In this document: positions 8,290 to 16,929 of the stretch, piece by piece
Position numbering within the stretch: position 1 is the first letter of the stretch
Layout: each line of letters begins with the position of its first letter
Source of the DNA: an uncultured Clostridia bacterium
Lineage (GTDB): Bacteria > Bacillota > Clostridia > Oscillospirales > CAG-272
NCBI GenBank assembly: GCA_947624995.1
Contig: CANQMS010000009.1
Span: 6,882-70,881, forward strand
DNA: 64,000 bases
Direction of reading: 5' to 3'
Translations under genes and position numbers: made by a program
The notes under the pieces: model-generated
The model's input: only the letters and a program-made list of their open reading frames with translations
Databases searched by the model: none
Told to the model about the DNA's origin: nothing

Positions 8290-9228
8290 TCAGTCGACGG
8301 CGTAAAGGATATTGAGCCCGCGTATGTCGGGGTCGGCGATCCTGTCGTTGCACGCATATGCGAGGCGCTCGAGATCTCCCGAGCTCTTGCCGATGCCGGC
8401 AAGCCTCGGCGCCGCGTCCGCGAGCGCGCGGACGATGTCGTCCGTCACCTCGGTCTTGACGGCGGCTGTCTTTTTGTCGTTGTCCGTCGTGATGAGGTAC
8501 AGAAACGCGTCCGTGAGCTCTGAAAACTCGGGTATGTCGGACAGCGCGCGGAACGCCCATTTGTAATACGGCATATAGCGCCCGGCGAGGTTGAAGCACG
8601 CCGCCATCGCGTGGCGCACGAACTCGATCGCCGAGAGCTGCGCCGCCGCTTCGTCGCCCCTCGAAATGCAGCGTCTGTAATTGTACGGACCCGCCTGCGC
8701 CGCGAGGAGCAGGTTGCCCGCAAGCTTTTTGAGCCGGACGGGCTCCGGCATGTGCGAAAGCGCGTCGCGCGCGGCGGTGAAAACGCCCGCGTCGTCGCGG
8801 AAGATCTCGCCGTTCGTCGCCTCGCAGAGGAACTGCTCCGGGACCCGCATCCACTCGCGCAGCGAGAGCTCGCCCGTCGGGCTGCCCGTCCTTTTGCCGA
8901 GGAATTCGGACTGGAGCATGACGCCGCGGCGGCTGCCGCCGACCGGGGCGACGCGCTGCCGCTCGAACCCGAGATACGAGTGCGGGAGGGAGGCGTACGC
9001 GCGTTCGAGCGAGAAAAGCGTTTTTCGGTCGATGCCGTCCGGCGCGAATATGCAGAAGCCGGGCTCGAAGTCATGGTCGGCGGAAATTTCGTCGTCGTAG
9101 CCGAAGCATTCGGAGCCGGGACCCGACAGCCCGACGGCGAGAATGCTCTCAAGCTCCGGGAAGCGCTCGCGGATCATCGGCGCGCCGAATTCGAGATAGT
9201 AGCGCCTCGAGAGCTCAAGCCCCTTCAT
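8290..9228 (-). CDS. DUF4037-type nucleotidyltransferase-fold protein
   Basis: 312 aa. The N-terminus MKGLELSRRYYLEFGAPMIRERFPELESILAVGLSGPGSECFGYDDEISADHDFEPGFCIF matches my memory of the DUF4037 family signature (GSGSECxGxDDExSxDHDFxPGF). Confidence 0.6.
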   Translation of the reverse strand: MKGLELSRRYYLEFGAPMIRERFPELESILAVGLSGPGSECFGYDDEISADHDFEPGFCIFAPDGIDRKTLFSLERAYASLPHSYLGFERQRVAPVGGSRRGVMLQSEFLGKRTGSPTGELSLREWMRVPEQFLCEATNGEIFRDDAGVFTAARDALSHMPEPVRLKKLAGNLLLAAQAGPYNYRRCISRGDEAAAQLSAIEFVRHAMAACFNLAGRYMPYYKWAFRALSDIPEFSELTDAFLYLITTDNDKKTAAVKTEVTDDIVRALADAAPRLAGIGKSSGDLERLAYACNDRIADPDIRGLNILYAVD

Positions 9229-10042
9229 AAATGCTCTTTGAGCGCGCGTCTATTTTGTCCGCGTACTCCGCCATGCCGTATCGGCGGAACGCGGGTGCGC
9301 AGCGGGCGCAGACGTAGGCGTAATATGCGTCGCGGCGGTCGGCGGCTGCCTCGAGCAGCTCCTCCGCGCAGCAGAGGTCCTCGTCGATCTTGTCCTTCGC
9401 CGCCGGGAGCCCGAGCTCCGCCTCGCGCGCGTTTGCCATGTTGAGGTACGAGATCGCGGCTTCGATCCCGCCGCGCTCGGTGTCGATCATTATGTTTATC
9501 GCTTTTTCGTACATTTCGTAAGCCTCTCCGTACCTGCCGAGGTCGGAGAGGGCGAGCGCCATGTTGTTGTAAAGACCGCCGAGCCGTTCGTCGTCGGGGG
9601 AGAGGGAGGACTCGTATATCTCCCGCGCGCGGACGAAGAGCGGATATGCGCGCTCCGGCTCGCCGAACGTCTTATATACGGTCGCGGCGTTTATGTACGT
9701 CGTCGCGGTGATGAGCCTGCCGTCATCGTGAACGGACCCGAGCCCGAGGTCGGCGTATTTGTACGCCTCGTCGCGGCGCTCCGTGTTGCGGTAGAACCCC
9801 ATGAATTCATTTATGACGGTAAGCCTGCCGTGCGTGTCGCCGCCTGCCTCCGCCTCCGCGAGCCAGTATTTAAGGTGGCGCTCTGCGCCGTCCGAGTCGC
9901 GGTGAGCGATATATTCGTCGTATTTTTCGATGACGCGGCTCACCGGTATGCGGGTGACGGCTCTGCCGTTCTCCTTATACTGCGGGACGCAGAAGGGACA
10001 CCTCGGCTCCGCGTAGTCTTCGGGTAAAAGTTCCATTGCCAT
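9215..10042 (-). CDS. tetratricopeptide-repeat (TPR) protein
   Basis: 275 aa. Repeated A/Y/L-patterned helical pairs (ATVYKTFGEPERAYPLF, YNNMALALSDLGRYGEAYEMYEKAI). Overlaps the downstream DUF4037 gene by 14 nt. Confidence 0.65.
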   Translation of the reverse strand: MAMELLPEDYAEPRCPFCVPQYKENGRAVTRIPVSRVIEKYDEYIAHRDSDGAERHLKYWLAEAEAGGDTHGRLTVINEFMGFYRNTERRDEAYKYADLGLGSVHDDGRLITATTYINAATVYKTFGEPERAYPLFVRAREIYESSLSPDDERLGGLYNNMALALSDLGRYGEAYEMYEKAINIMIDTERGGIEAAISYLNMANAREAELGLPAAKDKIDEDLCCAEELLEAAADRRDAYYAYVCARCAPAFRRYGMAEYADKIDARSKSIYEGA

Positions 10043-10165
10043 ACATGCCTCCGGCGAGATTTTTTTACATTATACACCAAAAGGAACGGTGCGTCAATGA
10101 AGATATAAAAAATGGAAGGCGGAATTCCCGGGTAAACTGATTTTTCAAAATTTTCAATTTCGATA

Positions 10166-10194
10166 TTGACAAACGGGCGCAGATGTATTATACT
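10166..10194 (+). promoter_or_regulatory. promoter for the tRNA gene (TTGACA-17-TATACT)
   Basis: -35 TTGACA at 10166-10171, a 17-nt spacer, and -10 TATACT at 10189-10194, about 18 nt before the tRNA 5' end. Confidence 0.6.
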
Positions 10195-10211
10195 ATTTAG
10201 GCACTGAGCAA

Positions 10212-10285
10212 GGGCCATTAGCTCAGTTGGTTAGAGCAACCGGCTCATAACCGGTCGGTCCGGGGTTCGAGTCCCTGATGGCCCA
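10212..10285 (+). tRNA. tRNA with anticodon CAT; sequence resembles tRNA-Ile2 (lysidine-modified) more than Met; CCA not encoded
   Basis: GGGCCAT-TA-GCTCAGTTGGTTAGAGC-A-ACCGG-CTCATAA-CCGGT-CGGTC-CGGGG-TTCGAGT-CCCTG-ATGGCCC-A folds as a canonical cloverleaf. The D arm, anticodon loop and variable region closely resemble Bacillus tRNA-Ile(CAU) as I remember it. Confidence 0.9.
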
Positions 10286-10290
10286 AAAAA

Positions 10291-10327
10291 GGGATACGGT
10301 GGGCATTGCCCACCGTATCCCTTTTTT
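10291..10327 (+). terminator. Rho-independent terminator after the tRNA
   Basis: GGGATACGGTGGG-CATTG-CCCACCGTATCCC followed by TTTTTT. Confidence 0.85.
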
Positions 10328-10337
10328 GGGTCATCTC

Positions 10338-10790
10338 GGTGAAAACGCCGCGCGAGAACGCGCTTCTGCGCGTTCTCGTTCGCGACAACAAGGCGCGTCA
10401 GCGCCTCGTGACGCGCGTTAGCGCGGCACCTATGTTGTCGCGTATGGGTTCGAGTCCCTGCGGCGAGAGCATCGCGACAACAAGGCGCGTCAGCGCCTCG
10501 TGACGCGCGTTAGCGCGGCACTCATGTTGTCGCGTACGGGTTCGAGTCCCGGCGGCGAGAGCATCGCGACAACAAGGCGCGGCAACGCGGCACTTATGTT
10601 GTCGCGTATGGGTTCGAGTCCCTGCGGCGAGAATCACGCGCGAGAACGCGCGGCAGCGCGGCACCTATGCTGTCGCATATGGGTTCGAGTCCCTGCGAGC
10701 GCATCGCGGCAACAAGGCGCGCCGGCGCCTCGTGACGCGCGGCAGCGCGGCACATATGCCGTCTCATATGGTCTAAGTCCACCCACGGAC
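10338..10790 (+). repeat. tandem array of five degenerate tRNA-3'-half-like units (period 92 nt for the first three unit starts)
   Basis: Units start at 10381, 10473, 10565, about 10637 and about 10705. Units 1 and 2 differ at 4 of 92 nt. Units 1-4 end in GGGTTCGAGTCCC, and GGGTTCGAGTCCCTG (units 1, 3, 4) is identical to the adjacent tRNA T arm. Unit 5 has only a degenerate GGTCTAAGTCCACC there. All five have a stem closing a 7-nt YAT loop. There are no unique spacers. Confidence 0.8.
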
Positions 10791-10936
10791 ACGCGAAAAA
10801 CAGACTCCGGCGCGCATTTTCTCACTTTTCGGGACAATATTCGCGGTACGCGGACTTTTATTTTTGTCTCATTTTTCGTAAAATACCGTTCGGACGGCGG
10901 AGAGCTCACGCCGATCAAAAAAACGGAGGAAAACAC

Positions 10937-12211
10937 ATGGAAAGAAAATCTATCGGAAGCTTTATCGCGGCGCTCCGCCGCGCAAACGGGATGACGCAGC
11001 AGGAGCTTGCCGACAGGCTGAACGTATCAAACAAGGCGGTGTCCCGCTGGGAGCGCGATGAAACGATGCCCGACCTCACGCTGATACCGTGCATCGCGGA
11101 GATATTCGGCGTCACGTGCGATGAAATACTGCGCGGCGAACCCGCATCCGTATATACTCCCGTTCGCCGCCCGGAGCCGGATCAGGACGGCACGGCGCCG
11201 CGGGCGCAGGAGCGCGGCGAGAGGCGAGGCGCCGCTCTGCTCGAACGGACAGCGTCACGGCTGCGGACGTCCGCCATCATCTCCCTTGCGCTCATCGCGC
11301 TGGGCGTTGTACTGATGTTCCTCGTCGGCTCGTTCTTTCAGGGCGGGATAACGGTCATCGGCGCGCTCGTTATGCTGATATTCGACATTGCCGCGGCGGT
11401 CATGGCGACGCTCTCCGCGCTGCGTGTGCGCGAGCTTCGCCGCGCCGCGGCGGAGGCGGGAGACACGGACGCCGAGCGGCTCGTGAAGAGCTCGGCGCGC
11501 CTGAGCTTTTCGGTGTTCGCGTCGCTGTTTCTCGTCCTGTGGCTCACGGTGACCGCCGGCTTTCTGCCGAAGGAAATATACTTTATGAATGTACACGAGA
11601 GGGCGGGCGGCAGCGGTATGACGGTATACGACCCGCCGGCGGTGAATGTGCCAGAGGGGACGGGCGGCAGCGTGATGACGGTATACGACCCGTCGGCGGC
11701 GAATCTCTTGCTCATAAGCCTGTGCCCCGTGCCGCTTTTATACATCTGTTACGAGCCGTATATGCGCATTTTGACCGGCGTGCGGCGCACGTATGAGGCG
11801 GGGCGTGAGGCGAGGCGTATGCGGGCCGTTGATGCCGCGCTCATATTATTGACCGCCGCGCTTGCCGTAAGCTCGGAAATTTTGTATATGTTCCCCGCAG
11901 CTTATGTCATCTCCCGCGTTTTGATGTGGTCCGCGCTCGCGCCCCTCGCCGCCTCTTTGGCAGTACCGATAATATACGCGGCGAGGACGCGCACCGCACC
12001 GTCGGTTTTCGAATGTGTGTCCGTGATCGGCATCGCTGTCGGCGCGTTTGTGACCGCACTGTCTGTAAGCGGGGTGACGTTCAACGGTGTGCCGACCGTA
12101 CGCTTCAGCGGGACGACGTTCCTCATCGGCGTGCTGACGAGCCTCGTCTTCATCGCGGCAAGGAGGCTTTTGATGCCGAAAATAAAAATCAGGGGCAGCG
12201 CCGACGTATAG
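10937..12211 (+). CDS. XRE-family HTH domain fused to a multi-pass membrane domain
   Basis: 424 aa. N-terminus SFIAALRRANGMTQQELADRLNVSNKAVSRWERDETMPDLTLIPCIAEIFGVTCDEIL is a classic Cro/C1 HTH. Six or more hydrophobic helices follow. Internal 57-nt duplication at about 11604-11700. SD GGAGGA. Confidence 0.75.
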   Translation: MERKSIGSFIAALRRANGMTQQELADRLNVSNKAVSRWERDETMPDLTLIPCIAEIFGVTCDEILRGEPASVYTPVRRPEPDQDGTAPRAQERGERRGAALLERTASRLRTSAIISLALIALGVVLMFLVGSFFQGGITVIGALVMLIFDIAAAVMATLSALRVRELRRAAAEAGDTDAERLVKSSARLSFSVFASLFLVLWLTVTAGFLPKEIYFMNVHERAGGSGMTVYDPPAVNVPEGTGGSVMTVYDPSAANLLLISLCPVPLLYICYEPYMRILTGVRRTYEAGREARRMRAVDAALILLTAALAVSSEILYMFPAAYVISRVLMWSALAPLAASLAVPIIYAARTRTAPSVFECVSVIGIAVGAFVTALSVSGVTFNGVPTVRFSGTTFLIGVLTSLVFIAARRLLMPKIKIRGSADV

Positions 12212-12283
12212 GCGCGCCTGTCATATCCTTTTTTTGCCCCGCATAAAAATAGAGCGGAATCGTGGCAAAAGAAAGGACATGGC

Positions 12284-13231
12284 ATGAAAGGCACGGAGAT
12301 TTTCACACCGGAAGGTTACAGGGTCGGCAGCGCCGAAAACAGGGAATACGTTTCGTCCGTCGCGGGGCTCTTGCGCGCGGCGGAAACGGGGGCGATATGC
12401 GAGGCGCCCGTCGTCATGTGCGACAGCGGGGATTACAGCCTCCGCGTCGAGCTCGGCGGCGCCGTAGGCATAATAAGGCGGGAGGATATATGCCTCACCT
12501 CCCCGGGCGAGGAGGTAAAGAGCATTGCCGCGGTGACGCGCGTCAGCAGGACGGTCGCGTTCGTCGTCCGGCACGTCGATATGACGGCGAGCCCGCCGGT
12601 CGCGTACCTGTCCCGGCGCGAGGCGCAGAGGCGGTGCATGAACGAGTACGTGTCGGGACTAATACCGGGCGACATCATCCCGGCAAAGGTGACTCACCTC
12701 GAGCGGTTCGGCGCGTTCGTCGACATCGGCTGCGGGATCGTGTCGCTTTTGCCCGTGGACGCGATATCGGTCTCGCGGATCTCGCACCCGCGCGAGCGGC
12801 TGCCCGTATCGTCGCGAATACACGTCGTCGTGCGCGGATTCGACGCGCTCGGGCGCGTCAACGTCTCGCACCGCGAGCTGTGCGGAACGTGGGAGGAAAA
12901 CGCCGCAATGTTCTCGCCGGGACAGACCGTCGCGGGCATCGTCCGCTCCGTCGAGAGCTACGGCATCTTCGTCGAACTGACGCCGAATCTGACGGGACTC
13001 GCCGAGCCGCACGAAGGCGTCACCGTCGGCGGCAGCGCCGCCGTCTACATAAAGAGCATCGCACCGGAACGGATGAAGGTGAAGCTCGCCGTCATCGGCG
13101 CGTACCGGGGCGAGATTTTGCGCGAGGTCTCCCCGCCGAGATATTTTATCGACACGGAGTCCGTCACACATATCGACGCCTGGCACTACTCGCCGCCGTC
13201 CTGCCCGCGCATCATCGAGACGGTGTTTTAG
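12284..13231 (+). CDS. S1 RNA-binding domain protein
   Basis: 315 aa. Two S1/OB-like segments (GDIIPAKVTHLERFGAFVDIGCGIVSLLPVDAIS; GQTVAGIVRSVESYGIFVELTPNLTGLAE). Confidence 0.65.
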   Translation: MKGTEIFTPEGYRVGSAENREYVSSVAGLLRAAETGAICEAPVVMCDSGDYSLRVELGGAVGIIRREDICLTSPGEEVKSIAAVTRVSRTVAFVVRHVDMTASPPVAYLSRREAQRRCMNEYVSGLIPGDIIPAKVTHLERFGAFVDIGCGIVSLLPVDAISVSRISHPRERLPVSSRIHVVVRGFDALGRVNVSHRELCGTWEENAAMFSPGQTVAGIVRSVESYGIFVELTPNLTGLAEPHEGVTVGGSAAVYIKSIAPERMKVKLAVIGAYRGEILREVSPPRYFIDTESVTHIDAWHYSPPSCPRIIETVF

Positions 13232-13255
13232 GGGGGGATTTATAACGGGGGATTT

Positions 13256-13313
13256 ACGGGGGAAAACTTTTCGAAGAAAAGTTTTCCCCCGTACCCCTTT
13301 TCAAAAGCTTTTT
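13256..13313 (+). repeat. intergenic palindromic repeat element, copy 1 (hairpin plus conserved U-rich flank; terminator orientation for the S1-domain gene)
   Basis: ACGGGGGAAAACTTTT-CGAA-GAAAAGTTTTCCCCCGT followed by ACCCCTTTTCAAAAGCTTTTTTT. Confidence 0.75.
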
Positions 13314-13419
13314 TTGCATATTGTCACTCGCTGATGCAGACATTATGGATGAGCGTGTCTTTATTTCACGCTGTTTGCGTTATATACTGATACGCAGATG
13401 CACAGAGCGAGGCGGGGAC

Positions 13420-13755
13420 ATGATCGACAAGCGGATCGGAAAACGAATAAAGCAGCACCGCGAGGAGCTCGGACTGACGCAGGAACAGTTCGCGGAGAAG
13501 ACCGGGCTGACGACGAATTATATTTCGACCGTCGAGAGGGGCGCTTCGTTCCCGCGGTGCGAAAAGCTCATTACCATCATAAACGCGCTCGGCGTTTCGG
13601 CGGACGCAATATTCTGCGACGTCGTAGAGCACCCGGGGCAGTATGCGGCTTCGGAGCTGTCTTCAAAGCTCGCGGAGCTTCCGGCTGATGAACAAAAACG
13701 AATACTCCGTATGGTAGAGCTGATGATCGAAGAATCTAAAGAATCGAGCGTTTGA
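13420..13755 (+). CDS. XRE-family transcriptional regulator
   Basis: Start set at the internal ATG (MIDKRIGKRIKQHREELGLTQEQFAEKTGLTTNYISTVERG...) with a GAGGCGGGG SD-like stretch upstream. Cro/C1 HTH. Confidence 0.75.
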   Translation: MIDKRIGKRIKQHREELGLTQEQFAEKTGLTTNYISTVERGASFPRCEKLITIINALGVSADAIFCDVVEHPGQYAASELSSKLAELPADEQKRILRMVELMIEESKESSV

Positions 13756-13797
13756 AAAATGCCGTGCAAAAAAACGCGCGGCATTTTATTTTTTTTT
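13756..13797 (+). terminator. Rho-independent terminator
   Basis: AAAATGCCG...CGGCATTTT stem followed by a long T-run (13784-13797). Confidence 0.6.
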
Positions 13798-13878
13798 GCA
13801 AAATCCGCTTTTTTGTGATATACTATGTATTAGAAAAGTTGAATAACACGCTAACCGTTAGAAAAAGGCTTTATTGAT

Positions 13879-14400
13879 ATGGACAGAATAACGTGTGCCT
13901 ACACGGGGCACAGACCGCAGGGGCTGCCGTTCGGCTATAATGAATCCGACCCGAGGTGCGCCGAGCTCAGAGAGGCTCTGCGGGCGGAGACGGTCAGCGC
14001 CGTCGAGCGAGACGGGGCGGCGCATTTTATAACGGGGATGGCGCTCGGAGTTGATATGCTCGCGGCGGAGATCGTGCTGGAGCTGAAAAAAACGCATCCC
14101 GAGCTGACGCTCGAGGCGGCAGTCCCGTGCCTCGATCAGGCGTCGAGATGGCGGGCGGAACAGATACAGCGATATAACAATATCCTGTCGGCAGCCGACA
14201 GGCGAACGCTCATTTCAAGGGAGTACACGCCAGACTGTATGCACCGGCGCAACAGGTACATGGTCGACGAGTGCGATTTTCTAATCGCGGTCTGGAACGG
14301 CAGCGCAGGCGGTACCGGTTCGACGGTCCGGTACGCGCTGCGCCGGAAAAAACGCATCCGCGTCATCGACCCGCAAACGCTCCGCGTCCGCGAGCTGTAA
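13879..14400 (+). CDS. SLOG-fold protein of the DUF1273 / YpsA family
   Basis: 173 aa. CAYTGHRP...HFITGMALGVDMLAAEIVLELK...LEAAVPC..Q...W......Y..IL..AD......Y....M.RRNRYMVD.CDFLIAVWNG..GGT matches the DUF1273 pattern. Confidence 0.7.
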   Translation: MDRITCAYTGHRPQGLPFGYNESDPRCAELREALRAETVSAVERDGAAHFITGMALGVDMLAAEIVLELKKTHPELTLEAAVPCLDQASRWRAEQIQRYNNILSAADRRTLISREYTPDCMHRRNRYMVDECDFLIAVWNGSAGGTGSTVRYALRRKKRIRVIDPQTLRVREL

Positions 14401-14526
14401 AAAACGCCGCCGCGCAAACGCCGACGTATACATAAAAAAAGCCCGCACCGGACAAAAGCCGCCGCGCAAAAGCCGACGTATACAAAAGCGCCCGAATCGT
14501 TGAAACGCCGCTCGCATAAAAAAGTC

Positions 14527-14587
14527 CAAAAAGTTTTGAAAAAGGGAGCGCGAGGGGGAAAACTTTTCCAAAAGTTTTCCCCCTCGC
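14527..14587 (-). repeat. intergenic palindromic repeat element, copy 2 (terminator orientation for metH)
   Basis: AAAAAGTTTTGAAAAAGGGAGCGCGAGGGGGAAAACTTTTCCAAAAGTTTTCCCCCTCGC. It lies 18 nt beyond the metH stop. Confidence 0.75.
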
Positions 14588-14604
14588 ATCTTATATATAA
14601 AAAT

Positions 14605-16929
14605 CTATCCCCCATAAACTTCCCCGGCGATGCGGACGTTTTCCATCGCGTCGCGGGAGTAATAGTCGGCGCCGAGGTCGGCGGCGAGCTCCGGCGTCAG
14701 CACGGCGCCGCCGACGACGATCTTGCAGTCACAGGCAGCGCGGAGCGCCTCTATTGTGCGGCGCATTGCGGGCACCGTTGTCGTCATGAGCGCGGACAGT
14801 CCCACGAGGCGCGCGCCGGTCGCGAGCGTTTCGGCGACGACGCGTGCGGGCGGGACGTCGCGCCCGAGGTCGCGGACGTCGTAACCGTAATTTGAAAGGA
14901 TCGCGGAGACGATGTTTTTGCCGATGTCGTGGACGTCACCCTCGACGGTCGCGAGAACGACGACGCCGCGCGAGGCGCCGGACGAATCCTTGGGGATATG
15001 TTTTTTCAGTTCCGCGAACGCCGCCGTCGCGGCGTCCGCCCCGGCGATGAGCTGGGGCAGGAACGCGCGCCCGGACTCGTATTCGCTCCCGAGGCGCGAC
15101 AGCCCGGGGATCACGTATCCGTCTATGACGGAGAGCGGCGGCTCGCCGCCCGCGACAAGCTCCGCCGCGAGGCGCGCGGCGTCCGCTTTCCTGCCGTGCA
15201 GTATCATTTCGGCAAGTGTCGAACAGTCTTCGACGCTTGCATTATTTAAATCGGAAAAGTCGCCGGACAGCGTTTTGAACGCCGATATCGCGCCGCGCAT
15301 CGCGGCGGATTCGGGATTCATTATCGCGGCGGAGAGCCCCTTTGAGAGCGCGAGCGTCAGGAAAGACGCGTTGACGGCGTCGCGGTCGGGGAGCCCGAAC
15401 GAGACGTTCGAGACGCCGAGCACGGTGCCGACGCCGAGCTCGCGCGTCACGCGGTCGACGACGTCGAGCGTCACCTTTGCCGCGCCGCCGTCGGCGGCGA
15501 CGGTAAGCGTTAAGGCGTCAATTAAGATGTCGCGGCGCGGGATGCCGAGGGCGACGGCATCGTCAACGATGCGGCGCGCTATGTTGAAGCGCCCGTCCGC
15601 CGTCGGCGGGATGCCGCCCTCGTCGAGCGCGAGCCCGATCAGGACGCCGCCGTATTTTTTGACGAGCGGGAGGACGCTTTCCATAACCTCGCGTTTGCCG
15701 TTCACGGAGTTGACGATCGGCTTGCCGGGGCAGACGCGGAGCGCCGCCTCCATCGCCGCGGGGTCCGAGGTGTCGATGACGAGCGGCAGCGGTACGGCGG
15801 AGGCGACAGCGCCGACAGTACGGACGAGCGTCTCCGCCTCGTTTATACCGGGGATGCCGCAGTTGATGTCGAGGGCGTCCGCTCCCGCCTCGGTTTGCGA
15901 GTATGCAAGGGAGAGGATGTAGTCGGTGTCGCCGTCGCGGAGGGCTGCTTTCAGCTTCGGCTTGCCTGTGGGATTTATGCGTTCGCCTATAATAACGGGC
16001 GAAGAACCGAACGTGACGGTTTTAGTGTTCGATGCGGCGCGCGTCGGCAGGGAGACCTCGCGCGTGACGACACTCATCCCGGAGACGAGGGCGGCTGTCG
16101 CGCGGATAAAATCGGGCGTCGTGCCGCAGCAGCCGCCGACGGCGGCCGCGCCCGCGAGCGCCATGCGGAGGTGATGTTCGGCGTAGTCCTCGGGAGAGGT
16201 GGGATAATACGTGTACTCACCGTCCGTGACGGGGAGCCCCGCGTTCGGACTGACGAAGACGGGGAGCGAGGTCGCGGACAAAAGACGGGGGAGCGAGCGC
16301 TCCATCGCGTCCGGACCGACGCCGCAGTTCATGCCGACAGCCGCCGCGCCGAGAGACTCGGTGACCGTCGCGAACGTCTCGATATCCGCGCCGGAGAGCA
16401 GCCGCCCGCCCGCGTCAACGGTGAAGGAGACGAAGATCGGCAGCGCGCAGGACTCCTTCGCGGCAATGATCGCCGCCTTTGCCTCGCCGATGTCCGTCAT
16501 CGTCTCGATGAGGACGCAGTCGCAGAACGGCGCGCCCGCGCGGATGACGGAGGAGAACAGCGACACGGCGTGCCCGAAGGAGAGATCGCCGAGCGGCTCC
16601 ATGAGGTGCCCGGTCGAGCCGATGTCGAGGGCGACAAAGCCGTGCCCCGCCGCGGTGACGGCGCGGCGCGCAAGCTCGCCGCCGGCGCGAGCTGTCGCCT
16701 CCGCGTCCGCGTTGCCGGGGCGGGCGGTGACGAACGTGTTCGTCTTGATGATGTCCGCGCCCGCGTCAAGATACGCGCGGTGGAGGGCGAGCACGTCGTC
16801 CGGGCGGGTGAGGCACCACGTGTCGGAGAATTCGCCGGGTCCCAGTCCCATGGACTGGAGGACCGTTCCGGTCGCGCCGTCAAATATCAAAAGGCGATTG
16901 CCTAAAAGATCGGTCAGCTTTTCGCTCAT
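14605..16929 (-). CDS. metH: cobalamin-dependent methionine synthase, short form (Hcy-binding, pterin-binding and B12-binding modules; no AdoMet reactivation module)
   Basis: 774 aa. N-terminal homocysteine S-methyltransferase region (LIFDGATGT...; GGCCGTTP), a pterin-binding barrel, and C-terminal B12 motif DVHDIGKN...DLG. Confidence 0.85.
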   Translation of the reverse strand: MSEKLTDLLGNRLLIFDGATGTVLQSMGLGPGEFSDTWCLTRPDDVLALHRAYLDAGADIIKTNTFVTARPGNADAEATARAGGELARRAVTAAGHGFVALDIGSTGHLMEPLGDLSFGHAVSLFSSVIRAGAPFCDCVLIETMTDIGEAKAAIIAAKESCALPIFVSFTVDAGGRLLSGADIETFATVTESLGAAAVGMNCGVGPDAMERSLPRLLSATSLPVFVSPNAGLPVTDGEYTYYPTSPEDYAEHHLRMALAGAAAVGGCCGTTPDFIRATAALVSGMSVVTREVSLPTRAASNTKTVTFGSSPVIIGERINPTGKPKLKAALRDGDTDYILSLAYSQTEAGADALDINCGIPGINEAETLVRTVGAVASAVPLPLVIDTSDPAAMEAALRVCPGKPIVNSVNGKREVMESVLPLVKKYGGVLIGLALDEGGIPPTADGRFNIARRIVDDAVALGIPRRDILIDALTLTVAADGGAAKVTLDVVDRVTRELGVGTVLGVSNVSFGLPDRDAVNASFLTLALSKGLSAAIMNPESAAMRGAISAFKTLSGDFSDLNNASVEDCSTLAEMILHGRKADAARLAAELVAGGEPPLSVIDGYVIPGLSRLGSEYESGRAFLPQLIAGADAATAAFAELKKHIPKDSSGASRGVVVLATVEGDVHDIGKNIVSAILSNYGYDVRDLGRDVPPARVVAETLATGARLVGLSALMTTTVPAMRRTIEALRAACDCKIVVGGAVLTPELAADLGADYYSRDAMENVRIAGEVYGG

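Noticed and set aside
10338-10790. Possible CRISPR array, because of regularly spaced repeats in a non-coding region
   Set aside because: The units abut each other with no unique spacers. The repeat length (72-92 nt) is far above the CRISPR range, the copies are degenerate, and no cas genes are present in the window.
14405-14484. A direct repeat (C/A)GCCGCCGCGCAAA(C/A)GCCGACGTATACA, present twice 52 nt apart, between the SLOG gene and the metH terminator element
   Set aside because: It is real in the sequence but short, present only twice, and without recognisable context. It could be a duplicated piece of 3' UTR. There is not enough evidence to propose a function.
14605-16929. MetH lacks the C-terminal AdoMet reactivation domain, which might be an anomaly
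   Set aside because: Short three-module MetH proteins are common in Clostridia and Thermotogae, where reactivation is provided in trans. I do not consider this novel.
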